A model generated the notes under the pieces. That model was not told the origin of the DNA and did not search any database. It saw only the letters and a list, made by a program, of their open reading frames with translations. A stretch of DNA of 63,320 nucleotides, counting the filler, from Piptocephalis cylindrospora (Eukaryota), in NCBI GenBank assembly GCA_003614145.1. It is 5 parts of 5 records of this genome, joined end to end, with 100 filler letters (N's around TTAATTAATTAA, not from the genome) between each part and the next. Parts side by side here need not be neighbours in the genome. Positions count along the whole stretch, not along the records: positions 1 to 12,714 come from KZ987963.1; positions 12,815 to 25,479 come from KZ987964.1; 3 more parts are not named here. One strand, written 5' to 3'. This document shows, one piece after another, positions 1 through 13,219 of this stretch. Position numbers and translations under genes: made by a program. Position 1 is the stretch's first letter, and each line of letters begins with the position of its first letter.

Positions 1-3000
1 GAATTAGAGATCGATCATACGACTTAAGATATCCCCCCATCCCCAAATCCTCCTCCTGGGATTCCTCCCCTTCCAGGATACTAAGCCCTAGATCAATATC
101 CTGCTCCTTGCCCTCACCTGTAAGATAGCAATATCCCAGGGCATATCGATTCTCCTGGTATCCTGACCCATCCAGCTCCCATACCCGTACGGCTTCGGCT
201 TGGTCCTTGAGGCAGCCTAGACCAAAAAAGTGCATGATGCCTTGGAACCGTCGTAGCGCCCCCTCCATTGGCTCCTGAGACCTCATGGATCGAGTACGTC
301 CAAGCATCCACTCGGACCTTAATTCCTTCGCCCTAGATCCCTCCTCAGCCAGGTGCCTCTCAAACTCAGCGCAATAGGCCTGGGCCTTGGCGTAATCCTC
401 CACACCACCTTCCGTATCCTTCTTCTTCACCAGTAGCTCATGCACTAAATCCAGATAGCATTCCCAATTACCCATCTCCTCCACCCCCCTTCTTGCCCAT
501 TCCTCCATTTTATCCATATTTTGATGGTACATATAGTAGCCCATGTATCCTTGGGCCGCCTCGGCCCTTCCCAATTCCCAGGCTCTACCATACTCCTTCA
601 ACGCCCTCTCCTCATCCTCCTCACATCCACTTCCCTCAAAGTACAAATGCCCCAGCTTGGTGATGGCCGGCGCATATCCTTGATCACTTGCCCTCTCCAA
701 GCATCGAAACCGCACCTTCTCCCCATACTTGACTTGAAGGTCATCTTCTTCCCCGTCATCGCCTTCCTCCTCACCATTCTCTTCCTCGTCCTTATCCTCG
801 TCTTCATCTTCATTCTCGTCGTCATATTCATCCTCGTCATCATCTTCGTCCTCATCCTCATCTTCGTCCTCATCCTCATCAAAGCATAGCATGGCAAAGA
901 GAGTCTGTGCCTCAGGATCATCAAGAATGGCCGCACGTAATAGCCAAAGTATTGCCCTAGTCAGGTCAGGCTTGACCCCACGACCATCGAGATAGGCCTT
1001 ACCGAGTAAGAGCAGTATCTTGGCATTGCGACGACGACTTTGAGCTTGCTGATGCAATCGCCGAACCCGTCCTCCCATTGCCTTTCCTCGGGACCGAAGA
1101 AGGGTAGTGTGGTGCATAAGCCTCGTGCTCATCTCCTCATCCTCGTCTTGCATTCGGGATAGCTTCCTCGGACCAACGTACTTCACGTCCCCCCACACAC
1201 CTCCCTGGGTATCCTTGGTCAACAGGACCCAGGACCTCCAATCCTGATGCCATTGATGAATCCGGCTGCCAAGGTCCGATAGCCTCTGGGCATCTCTGCT
1301 TTGAAAGATCCCACCACACTCCTCGGCCAATGCTCCTAGAGAGCAGATCATAATATGCAGACCCTTCAGCTTGCCACCTTCCAATCCTTTCATCTTTTCC
1401 TGGGTAAACGAATGGCCCAGGGCACTCAGCGTTCCATGAACCCGATCATAACTCTCAATAGGTATAGCTGGCTCCTCCTCAAGCGCCTCCATGGCGCTCT
1501 GTGCACAATCCAATGCCTTGAGCAACTTGGCTTCGTGGCACAAATAAGCCACAGGGCGCCCCTTGATCAGGGCATCCACCCTTTCCACCACCTCTTCTTG
1601 ACTACGGGGAGGATCAAAGTGAGTTGGGGGCATCCCCAGCCCCTTTCCATCCCAGCCTTACCGTAATATATTGATCCAATCACCCTGATAAGTTTTGTAT
1701 AAGATCCAATCTCCTAGTCGGATAGGACAGGCTGGCTTGGGAAAGAGCTGATTGACTTGAAGGATGGTAACATTGTAGCCCTCCTCTTCCACTTCCTCCT
1801 CTCTTAACTCCTGGAGAAACCCATCCAGCTTCTTCTGGGCCACAGGATCGACTGACAGGCTCTCCCAAAGCGTCTCCCGTAACGTGGTATACTTGACTTG
1901 ATGAGACCAGTTGTTCACATGCCAGATCCTGCGCACTTCTTCATTCTGTACCTGTCGTGCATAATTGACAAATAGATCCTCCAGGCCAGGGAGGATGGCA
2001 GAGGCCCAGTCCTCCCCAAATCCGTCTGACCCGTTCTCCTCTCCCTCCACTTCCTCCCCCACATCTCTCCATCGTTGCTGCAGGATACCCCGAATCATGC
2101 GGGTGTCAATAGATCGTTGAAAGTACGACTTGATCTGGATGGGATAGGATTAGATGTCAAGCTCACACTGACCCCTCGTCCAAGATGGCACCAGTCCACT
2201 CACCGAAAGGGTCTCCAAGGTCATCCTTTCCTCCGGATCCTTCCGAAGTAACTCAAGTGCCAGATGGTAGAGGGGCAGCTGATCATAATCCTCCGAGGAG
2301 ATGGGGAGTTCCTCCTCCTGACACAGCATGTGTGTCATTCCCGCATCAGACGTGTCCTCTCCCCAAATAGGGGTGGATACAGCGAGCCAGTGGATGATTT
2401 GGCCCATGGAGAACATGTCTAGAGAATGTGCTGCAGGGAGAATCTTTCCGGATCTTACGGCCAAGACCGCCTCGGGAGCACAAAAGCTCAGTGTCAATCC
2501 TTTAACTTCTTCGCCCACTCTATATTCACCCAACAGGGGAGCCCTATAAGTGCTAAAGTTGGATGAAACGATCCGAGCAGGAACTTACCTGCATGAACAG
2601 TCGAAATCAATCAACTTCCACACACTCTCATTTGGAGTGTCCGAGGGAAATCGAAGAATGTTTTGGGGCTTGAGGTCACAGTGCACTACATTCAGATCAT
2701 GATGGCATGGTGTATATGAGGATCTGGTCATTTTATACGCTTCCTTCCCTTCTAACCTACCAATGCGCGTATAGTGAAGCGCCTTTAGCCCGGAGAGAAT
2801 GTCCTATCCTCCTCCCATAGGAGTCACCACGAGATGAGGATAAGTAAGATGGCCCTTCCCCTAGCAGCGTTGGAAGGATTACCATCAAAATGGGCTTGAG
2901 AGTCGTGTCTGGAAGAGGTCGTCGTAGGTTAGCCCAGGCCTGAAGACTCTCCTGACCCTGTTCCATTACCACGACCCAGTAAGGATACCATGCATCCTCT

Positions 3001-3462
3001 TCTTCCTCGGGCTCCAAGTAATCCACCAATTCAAGGATGTTCTGTGGCAGATGGAGGGAGCGAGGGAGATAATTTACGGTTAATGGTTCGAATCCAATGC
3101 ATGTCTACTTTTGTCCATCCTTGAAAACCCACCTTGCAAGAAATGACAGTGGAGGCCTCTTGAAGCTCCTGTAGGGCGATGATTTCTTTTTGAAAGGCCT
3201 CCTCCTTCTCGATGAACTTGATGATGACTGGGGCCTGAGTTTGAATGTTGATGGAGGGTCGTAGCACCGACATGCCCCCCCTTCATCACCCCCTTCCCTA
3301 GCTGATACTCCCCCGCAAAGCATGTTCCTGATTCTAAGAGGAAAAGGAGTAAAGATAGGGTGAGTGGGGACAAATAGATCTCCACATTGCATCCCATGCA
3401 TCCTTCATACCTAAATCAGCAGGCGAGTAATATGCCTTGGTATCCCTGGATGGATCGGTCAT
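1..3462 (-). CDS. Ser/Thr protein kinase with C-terminal Sel1-like repeats (multi-exon, 3' end runs off the window, apparent +1 frameshift at 3275-3281)
   Basis: Hand-spliced: MTDPSRD...YQLGKGVMKGG, then VIIKFIEKEE, HCDLKPQN, KLIDFD, FCAPE, DMFSMG, DPEERMT. The last exon (about 1601 to 1) is stop-free and encodes Sel1-type repeats (LLGKAYLDGRGVKPDLTRAILWLLRAA; AITKLGHLYFEGSGCEEDEERA; YALGYCYLTGEGKEQD). Confidence 0.85.
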
Positions 3463-5342
3463 GGGAGACGACCTTGTCTTTAAGAGATGGAGATGTAAGT
3501 ACTTTCAAGTCGGACGGGTGTGGAAAGGTAGGAAGGAAAAAGGTGGAGGAGAAGAGAAGGAAAAAACCCCCCACTAAGCTCGGTAATAGAGGTCATTTAG
3601 AACCATGACTAGATGAGAGGCGACAGACTCTCAGGGTTCTCGAGGTCAACAAGAGCTGTCGGAGTTGACCTGTTCCAAATTCATCCCCGCTTCGCATGAA
3701 GTATGCGATCGCGTTTCCATCAGATTTATGTGAGTAGAATGCTGTTTGGTTCATCTAGATGACTCCGCCTTGTCCACCCATGACAAGGTCTTCAGAACAA
3801 TATTTAGGTATTATCAAAGGCTCATGTTAATTTTCTGTCAATGAGTGAATACAGTTGACGGCGCAACTAATAATCGTAATTATAATTGTAGTCCTAAAGA
3901 TGAGAACGTGCACCTCTAGATAGCAAGGGGACATGCCGAGCCCCGTCTGGATCACGGCGTGTCCCACTAAATAAGCCTCTTCTTCATAGTCTATAGATAC
4001 ATATCGACTGATGGGGCCCGATACTCCCTTTCAGCCATGTCCCATGTAGACAAGGCTCGTTCTCTCTTTCATCCAAGCCGCATGCATCCCACATGTCCCA
4101 TTCCCGCCATCCCTCGGTCGTGACACCTACATCTTTGTTTACTCCTGTCATCCTACCCTCTCTGTGCCTGCTCGATTATTTTGCTGCTACGGGTTGAAAC
4201 AGTGCCCCCGTCTGTCTCCTCAGCTGGGACCGGACCATCTCCCCATCTTCTGGCCCCTAGTCTTAAGCATCACACAACTGACACCTGGCTACCACGCAGG
4301 CTCATGCACATCTACTCTTTTCCTGTGAGTAACTACACCCTGGCCCCTGGTCACTGGCCCCACCCACACCCGACCACCCATCTCCGATCTGTCTTGTTAA
4401 GCCCCGCTGCTACTTAGTTCCCTCCACCACTTCCTCAGCGTCTAATTATGTATGTGTATGTGGCAAGGGTTTCCCCCTCCAAGATGCCCTGCACAAGGGC
4501 CTTGAAGAACTCCGACCCTGTTTTTCCCCCAAAGCACGAGGGTCCTCTCTCCCAGTATGGGAGTTTAGGGTCGACTCACCCATATTCTCTCTCTCTCTTT
4601 GGCCCTAGTATTCCCCAACCATAACTGTCCACCACGGGCCTCAAGGTGAATCCGTCAAGCTGCAGCACCCAGCTTATCTCAAAATCATCCCTCCTTATGG
4701 AAATCAGCCCATGAAGAAAGGATATTGTGTGCTGAAATCCTATGGGGCCCACCACGTCCCACCACGTCCCACATCCCGTCCCTGGCCCCTGACCCGACCT
4801 GACCTGACCTCGCCCAGTGTCTTATTTTTCACTACAGTTAACACTGGCTCCGTAAAGGTCGTCCCCACAAGCCGCCTTTCTTTCCTTCTCCTCTTCCTCC
4901 TCCTCCTCCTCCTCCTCTTCTTTCTCTCCCATCTTCCCCATTTAACCCCCCTCTCTCTACTCCCTTTCCTTGGCAGTGCATCCTTAATCGCCGTGCGTTC
5001 AAGTAGATACTGCTCCACCACCTCCTCCCGAGATCACTCGCCCTATCTCTATAGGCATATTTTGGGCTACATCCTCCCATCCCTTATCCTACCCTGCGTA
5101 ATTATCATCCTACTTACCTACTGGGGCCTCTCTGCATTCACACACACGCCTTTTCCGGTTGTTTAATCGTCCTCACCAGCACCTATCCACCCACCCATTC
5201 TTGGTTGATTACTATTCGCACTTTTCATTAGAGTCATCTTTGATCCACCATCGGATCCATTCAGCCACATCCCTAAAATCATAGCCTAAACTTACTTTAC
5301 CCGGCCCAAGGCTCCTTTTGCGTCTCCTCGACCCTTTCTCTC

Positions 5343-6660
5343 ATGTCGTCTGCAGCTCCAGCCCCAGCCCCAGTGGCTACTCCCGCTCCCTCACTGGTTC
5401 CCTCTCCCTCCCCGGCTCCTGCTCCTGCTCCTGCGCCAGCTCCGGCCCCTTCCGCCAGCCCCTCTCCAGCTCCGGCTACCCCCCCGTGCTCCTGCTCCTG
5501 CTCCTGCCTCTGCGCCCTCCCCAGCTCGCACTACCGCCTCCCCCTCCCGTCCAACCCCATCGGTTGTACTTGTCACTCGCACGGTGGATGGGTCAGAAGT
5601 GGTAGAGCCCACCGAGGCCATCGACTCCCCCGCACCCTCCTCTACCTCAAAGCAGGAGTCCTCAGGCCTCGGAAAAACCGCAACCATTGCCATCTCTGTG
5701 GCTGGAGGAGCCGTGGCCCTGATCCTCATTGCCTTTATTGTTGTGAGGATGTTCCGAAAGACCAAGCGGAACAACCGTCTGCGTCGCTCCATGCCCCCTC
5801 CTCCCCTGCCCTACGAGGATGACCCCACCCCCAAGTGGAGGCCCGTCCCTGATCGCCCGGTCAATTCCCGTCAAGGCGAGATGACCCAGTTTGGCTCCAC
5901 TGCCCCCTCCTCTAGCCTGCACCGCGCCCCCACGGCCGTCACCAATACCTCAACCTCTCCCTCGGCTCCTGGACCCGTCCACTTCCCAGCCCGCGGCACT
6001 GGCCCCGCCTTTATGCACATCCGTCACGTTGACCCTTCCAGGCCCCTTTCTATCGCTGATGACTACGATGAAGTAGAGATGGAGACGACGGACTCACATG
6101 GTCATCCGAACAATGTAGCCCACCCTGTCCCTCCCCCTGGTCACCCCTCTCCCTACCCAGGACACGGCCAGGCCCAGCAGGCCCAACTCTACCACCAGCC
6201 CTCTATGCGTAGTCATCCAGGACAACCACCCATGCACTCCCCATCCATGCGTAGTGCCCCAGCCCCCTCGGTTCCCTACCCTCCACCCATCCCAGCCTCC
6301 AATCCCCCCGGGGCTTACGGCGCATCCAACTCCCCATCGCCCCACCAGTATCCCCAGCAAGGCCACTACCCTGCTCATTCCCCCTCGTATCCTCAAGAGT
6401 ATACGGTCGAACAGCATCCTTCCAACTCCCCCCCTCCTCCCGTGACTCAACAGCTTTCCCATTCCCCCCAGAATCCCATCTATCATGGGTATGGTACCCC
6501 AGGCTCCTTCCAATCCGATAGTGGACTTCTCCAGGGTCAGGCCCCTCCCTCCCAGTCATTGAGGCAGCCCTCTCTTAGCCCCTCTCCACGCCAGGGGTAC
6601 GGCAACCAATTTCATGGTCCCTCTTCCCATCCCTACCCACCTCCTGGTTCGAGGCAGTAG
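5343..6660 (+). CDS. Single-pass membrane protein with Pro/Ala/Ser-rich N-terminus and Pro/Gln-rich tail (probable frameshift near 5479-5487)
   Basis: ORF 5584-6660 has TM helix IAISVAGGAVALILIAFIVV followed by basic RMFRKTKR and a PPLPY motif. The PAPAPA repeat continues from ATG 5343 across a C-run frameshift. Confidence 0.7.
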
Positions 6661-6841
6661 GTGATGAGGAAGAAGTGTGTTGCGTTGAGTCTGAGTGCGT
6701 GAGCGTGGCTGCTAGTGACAGTACATGAACTTTTTTCTCTTTGTGATCATTCTGTCTTTGTGGAAAATGGCCGAGGATACATGCTATCATGAAAGAAGCA
6801 ATCCTATTTCGCATAAATTTCACCCTCTCTAATCATCTTTA

Positions 6842-8608
6842 TCAGTCATCCTCATCACTGCTCATCACCGTCAGTCTCCGCTTGTTGGACCGACTAGGAG
6901 GTTGAGATGGAGAGTTGGAGGTGCCTTCATCATCTTCATCTCCCCCATACCGCTTCATCCCACGCTTCTTGGCCTTGAGTGCCCGTCGTGCCCGCATCTC
7001 CTCCTCCTCTTCATCCTCCTCCTCCTCCTCTTCATCCTCTTCCTCTTCCTCTTCTTCTCCATCCTCCTCGCTAAATACCTCCTCATCTCCGACAACAAAG
7101 TCGTCCTCAAGATACGAGTCAGGTCCACCTCCCCCGGCGGCTCCAGGACCCCGTCGATCTCCCATCCCGTACCCATCACCCAAATCTTCATCCTCCTCGG
7201 CCTCTAAGGCGTCCACCGTCCCCCGTCTCCATGCCCCTCCGCGACCCCCACCGCCAAGGCCATAGCCATCGGCTGCAGATTCCCGAGCCCGTCGGGCCGT
7301 CTCTTGCCGTCGACGCATCCGTTCCTTTTCCTTGGCTAGACGGATCTGCTTTTCCTTTTCCCTCTCTGGGTCCACCAACGTCGTGATCATCTTGGTGCGC
7401 AACTGTTGCTTTCTCCCTCCCTGTCCTTCCCTGTCTCCTGACGTACTCATGGAGGATTCAGTCAGGGAGGATCCCCGTTTCAGCATACTATCGTGGGTGT
7501 ATGGGGCCGTCTGTTCCAACTCCATGGTCCGTGTCAGTCTACGCACGGCCCGGACCACTGATCCGGTCTGGGATTCGGCCACAAGGAGATGTCTTACCCC
7601 GGCTCCGGCCATAGGCCGGGTCCTCACCAGATACGGGGCTTCCTTACCAATGTGCAGAGTCATGGACCCATCATTCCATCGGACCAACCGAGCATTGGAC
7701 TCCACCTTGCCCTGTCGTGAATCGGGTTGAGCTCCTTCCATCTCGGATGAAGGGGCCTTTCGAACCCGAATCGTATTGCGAATACGTCGAAGTAGTGGAA
7801 GGGCCATGGACGGATCTAACCCCTTGAGGGGATTGGCATACGTAGATGGATCAAAGGGTACATTGTCAATAAGGATGGACTTTGGCAGCCGAAGATAATT
7901 GTACTGAGGCTAGAAGGGATGAGGGATGAGGGAAGGGAAAGATAAGTGGACGATCCTGGACCCATGGGCAGGCCATCCATCCCTACCGGAATCTCCTTGG
8001 ACGCGGAAGGCTGTTTCAAGGACAGGGACATATGGGTGATGATGGGGGAGGAGGATTCATCCTCTAGGTCATCCCCCTCTTCCTCCTCCTCCTCTTCATC
8101 ATAATCATTCATTGGCCTATCCCTAGGTAGTGGGGAAAGTGGGTCAGATGAACGTACAATCCCATCCCCCATGACCCTAGACATGCAAGTACCTAGTAGG
8201 ACCATCCTGGTAAAAGGGGTCCTCCCGAGGATATCTCTTATTGCCCTTCTTCCTGTCCCTATCTTGTCGTTCAAGCTGCGCCAGTAATCCTCCCTCAATC
8301 TCCATTGACTCTTCCTCTTCCTCCTCTTCATCTTCCTCGCCAAACAAATCATCCTCCAAGGCCGGGTCCTTGTGTGACTCGGCCAGGGTAGGCATCTCCT
8401 CCTCCTCGCTCTCACCAAACAAGTCATCCTCTAAAGCCTGGTGGGCCTGAGTCTTCCTTGGATGGGCGTCTTGGTCGGTATCATTATCAGACAAGTCCAT
8501 CTCCAATTGCTCCTCCTCCCCCTGACTTCTCTGAGACTGAGAAGGCTGAGGTGTCCCTGTAGGGGAAGGACTGCCTCCTTGGTCCGTTTCTGGGGAAGAG
8601 ATCTGCAT
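6842..8608 (-). CDS. LEO1: PAF1 complex subunit Leo1
   Basis: Motifs FWLPKSILIDNVPFDPSTY, NTIRVRK and ESNARLVRWNDGSMTLHIG; acidic N-terminus with repeated EDDLFGE; introns present. Confidence 0.9.
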
Positions 8609-9482
8609 GGACCACGGTAGATGGAGGACGAGATGGAATACGGAATGGGATGGGATGGGAAGGAAGAGAAAGTGTGGGTGTGTCACTTGGACAAAACCTC
8701 AGCACCGCCCTCACTCCCACCAAGTGACATAGGTGTGGGTGGTGGGCGTTGATGAGAATGGGCCTGGCTCCGCCTTGTTATTGTGGCGTCTCCTACCTAC
8801 CAGGCAAGGTACGGGAGGGATTCATAACCTAGCAAAAATTCAATCCAATTTTGGTGAAATGTTGTCCAAATTCGGCAGTCAATATCCTCACAGTCTTAGG
8901 CAGTATAGTACATTACACTGTTCACATAGCCTCTTTGTTGTCTCATAAGAATGGATAAAGATGACTCATACTTTCACCAATATAGACATCTCCCCCTCCC
9001 CCCCCTAGCCTCATCTCATTCTGATTGATTGACTGTGAAAAAAAAAAGTGTAGGGGTTTCCATAATTTTCTGGTGGCATTTTTTCACTTTATACTCACAG
9101 CCACCACAGCAGAGTCTCTCCAGGTCAGAGGGAGAAAGGGCCGCGCACGCCTATCCCAGAGAGAAGACGGGAAAGACACCCATCTCTCCCCCACCCATAA
9201 TACCATCCACACCCACACTTCACACTCACACTCACTCATACAATACCGGACGACCTCTTTCCATATAAACGACCATGGCCACACACTCTCTTCTCCCCTC
9301 TCATCCACATCATTCCCCCTCTCTTCCCTTCTTCCCTCATCACCTCACCCACACTCGCACCCAAGTTTCCTTCGTCCATCCGCCCTTCCTTCTCTTTCTC
9401 TCTCCTCTTCCCAAGAGTCCCTCTCCCTTCCTCACCCTTGCCTTTCCCTTCTCTCCCACGTTTGGACAAACTCTGTTGCCAG

Positions 9483-11042
9483 ATGGAAGGACTTATGGGA
9501 TCGATGGCTCAGCCCACCACCAGCAGCCTCCCCACTGCCATGGTGGATTACAAGGGTAGGATCTCTTTCACAACCACCCCCGAACAAATGACCTCGACAT
9601 CCCCCAAGAATGTTGAGAGGTATGGTTTCTCTAAAGGAGTGCCTCCAGAGTGGAACAACTGGGTTTTCGAGACCAAACACCTATATGAGATGCCTTCTGT
9701 TAAGCTTTCCTCTAAGATGAGGACACGTCATCGTCCCATGTCCCCACGAGAAGACGCCCTGGTTCGGGCTAAAGCCTTTAACTTTCTATCCGACATTTGT
9801 CATCAGCTGAACATGTAAGTCTTGGTGCTCGTCGTGTGTCGTGTGCCTTTGACAATGGAAATGACCTTCCCCATCCTCCCCCACCAGGTCACGAATAGTC
9901 TGGGCTACGGCTTGCTCCATTGTCCATCGCTTCTATATGAAGCGCTCCCATCAGCGGCACATCTATTACGATATTTGTGCCGCTGCATTGTATATTGCCT
10001 GTAAGGATTCCGATTTTGGCCCGGATCTTAATCCCCATTTGGTCAAACAAGTGGCTGCAAGGGCCTTCAAGACCCGAGGGGACGCCCCTCTGCCTGATTC
10101 GGTATGGTTTTTTCCCTCTTTGTTGTGCTCTATGCTTCCTCCCTCTTCCCCTTCCCCCTTCCCCCCTCGCTCTCCCACTCTTGCTCATCCCACCCACCTG
10201 GATGATGTCCTTGTTGACGCGTGCATCACTTGATATGCGGCTTGCTTGGTTGGTCGATTGGCGGCTTGGTTGGTGTTTGGGGAGGGAGTAGGAAAAGGAA
10301 AAATGGTGGAAGACCATCCGGTGTACCGAGCTCTTAGTTCGTAAGACCGTAGAATTTGATGTCACCATGGAACACCCCCACCACCACCTGGCTCGGGCTG
10401 CCTTGGCCAACCCAGGGCGTAAGTTACACGGGTTCCTTTGACATCATGGTGTGGGAAGAGGAGAGGGCCACTCACCCATCTCCTCTATAGAGTATCCAAG
10501 AGCCGTTTGGGTAGCTGCGTATCGGTTCGTCGATGCTGCTCACGTCTCCATGACATCTATCCTTCACCCGCCCAGGGTTATTGCCGCCGCTGCCCTGGCT
10601 TGGGCCCTGAACTATGCTTGTTGCCCCTCCACCTCCTCCGCCGAGATGATGCATCAAGGTGGAATGATGATGATGGGAGGTGGTGGTGGGGCAATGATGG
10701 GAGGTGGACCTCGGAAGAGCGATGTCACTCCTCCCTATGACCCAGCCCTTTCGGGCTTCGCCGGTCTTAGTCAGCCCCCTAAGCCGACCGTTCGGGAGAG
10801 TTACTATTCCTGGCCAAAGACCCTTGGGGTCCCTAACCGGGTCTATGGCGGTATGTGAGGACAGGGTGATGAGACTTTTGCGAGAGGGGGGGATCTTTAT
10901 GTCAGCCCTACTTTTCTCTCGCTCACCCTGCTTCCCTTTCCTTACCTCCTCCTTTGAATGAACAGAGGTCCTTAAGATGTGGAAAGATCCTCGTGAAAAC
11001 GCCCTGGCACGGCCCATGGCTTCGACTACCTCCTCCCACTAA
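9483..11042 (+). CDS. Transcriptional cyclin (cyclin T/K/L-like)
   Basis: Spliced cyclin box: WVFETKHLYEMPS...RAKAFNFLSDICHQLNM/SRIVWATACSIVHRFYMKRS...ICAAALYIACK...ELLVRKTVEFDVTMEHPH. Confidence 0.85.
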
Positions 11043-11844
11043 TCATCATGAATCAACATGACCCTGTGGGCCCAACCAGATACGGCGCCTTTAGGAAGGA
11101 GGTAGGATGTGTTGGTCCTGGGTATATGCGCGTACCCACGAGAGACAACGGTGCATAAAGAATGAATGCGCCAAAGTAGATAGGAGAAAAGACCGACGAG
11201 GGATGGTGGGTATCTTTCTTGATGCTCCCACCCCACTCAACCCCCCTGATTGAGGGTAGGAAGAGGAAGGAGAAGGGTCATGAGTCCCTTTTCACATTTT
11301 CTTTCTTATTAAGGGCTGGTGTTACTGTAGTGCAATGTATAACTTGGTGGATGATGATCCATCTTTACTGATCTCTAAATGAGCCTGCTATGTATTTGAT
11401 GCTTTTTGAGTGTTTTTTCGAGGGAGGGATCATTTATGGGATGGGGCCTATTCAACACATTCCAAGGTAAACAATAGCAAACTGTGCACGTTAGTGTATA
11501 GTCTGACGGAAGAGAGTGATGCGATGTGTCTGAACTTGGCTGCTGAGATTGACCTTTCTCTGTCATCTCCACTGCCTCTATTATTAAAAACACGACAATC
11601 TTAGACTCCTTTCCCTTTCCCCCCTATTCAGTACACTTGAACACAGACAAGATTCCTCATGCAGATTAGGTAAGTCTCCCCTCAGCTCATATCATCAGCT
11701 CAAATGAATGTTCATGAACTAATACGCGTTTCCTCTTTTCTGTCCTCAGAACGTATCAATTGGTGATAATGCAAATGAAAGTCCTACATCAAACCTTGAC
11801 TCTCGAATCACCCCGGCCCAAATCCTTGACTACTTAGAGTCGCC

Positions 11845-12365
11845 ATGGCTTACCTGCAAGACATGTGTACCTTGTATAAAGAGATTGCCCGTCTCCAGAA
11901 AGAATTAACCATTCTGAGAAGCGAATAGGAGGTGGCGCAGAATAATGCAAACAAGGAATTCTTCAGCAAGTCAGGCCTTCAGTTTCCTGTCCCAAATAAG
12001 CTCAAGAGTGAATCCGGCCAAACAAACCCTAGCTATACCAGGATGCTCAATACCTAAAGATGTCCGACATCATCCGAGATTTCAGTGCCATCGACTATGT
12101 GGCCGTCCGTCTCTGAGGGTGAGGTATCACCTGGTGACCGGTTGTCCGCTCCCATTAGTCTACCACGCTTAAAACCCAAGAGGATTTCAATGCTGCTCTC
12201 CATGGCCAGTTTCAGTCGATGGGTCCTGTTGAGAGGATGCAGAACGAGCTTACCAGCTTTCGTCAGGCTGGATATGTGCCAGACTATACTCACTGGCCCC
12301 GCCAACTAGTCATGGTAATATCCATGATGATTAAAGGCGAAAGTGTGCATTGATTAACGTATAGG
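11845..12365 (+). mobile_element. Decayed Ty3/gypsy-type gag relic
   Basis: Reading through stops and one frameshift gives a coiled-coil, LQFPVPNKL, then *LYQDAQYL...AIDYVAVRL*G*GITW*...TQEDFNAALHGQFQSMGPVERMQNELTSFRQAGYVPDYTHWPRQLV, which fits the Retrotrans_gag pattern. Confidence 0.7.
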
Positions 12366-12714
12366 AGGATCCAACTTAATATGCATGAAGCCTGTCTGTG
12401 TCCAGATGTGTGCTGGAGGAAGGGGGGAAATTCAAGATGGTCGAATTCTAGTAGTAGAGGCGGTGGGAATGACGGAGAAAGGCCCCGACATCAGCGGCTT
12501 AGAGTTCAAAGATATCGTACCAGAGAGAGAATTCTGAGGGCTCCTTGGAAGGCTATAGTGAGGTGCAAAAGGTGGTAATGATAATAATCACAACGGTAGT
12601 GGTAATAATGCCGTAAGACCCAATCCCCCGACCTGCTCCGCGCTCTAATCTACACGCACTTTACATATTCTTTCCTCATCCATCAAGCTCATCCTCCCCA
12701 ACATGTCACGTCCT

Positions 12715-12814
12715 NNNNNNNNNNNNNNNNNNNNNNNNNNNNNNNNNNNNNNNNNNNNTTAATTAATTAANNNNNNNNNNNNNNNNNNNNNNNNNNNNNN
12801 NNNNNNNNNNNNNN
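12715..12814. other. Artificial contig spacer (N-TTAATTAATTAA-N)
   Basis: 100 nt, six-frame stop linker flanked by Ns. Confidence 0.97.
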
Positions 12815-13219
12815 GGGGGGGGCACATGCTGTTAAGCTGACAAAGATCAGTCCAGATACAATATGACGAAAAGTGACGATGATCAGCTCGCCTTGCGCCG
12901 CTTACTTGATGAGCATTGCATATTGCATAGGATACATAAAGACCGGCTCATTTTTAGGAATCTCGCCTAAAATACCTTTGTCTGATAGTTATCTATGGCT
13001 TTAGAAAACCCCTTCACACTCACACGTCTACCTTGTCACGAACCAATATACGGGCCACTCAATCTAATGTGGAGTAAATGAATCAATCTTTATCTCACGT
13101 TCCTTTCTATCAAAAGTAAGAGTGGATGGCCCTAGTTGATCTCATCATCATAGATAGAAATGCTTCTTTTTGAAATAAACTTCAGGACGCGCTCTCATTC
13201 TTCCCCCCATAGTGCCCCA

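Noticed and set aside
521..936. ORFs 521-889 (+, hydrophobic) and 598-936 (-, MRMRTK repeats)
   Set aside because: Shadow frames of the Asp/Glu tract in the kinase-Sel1 gene.
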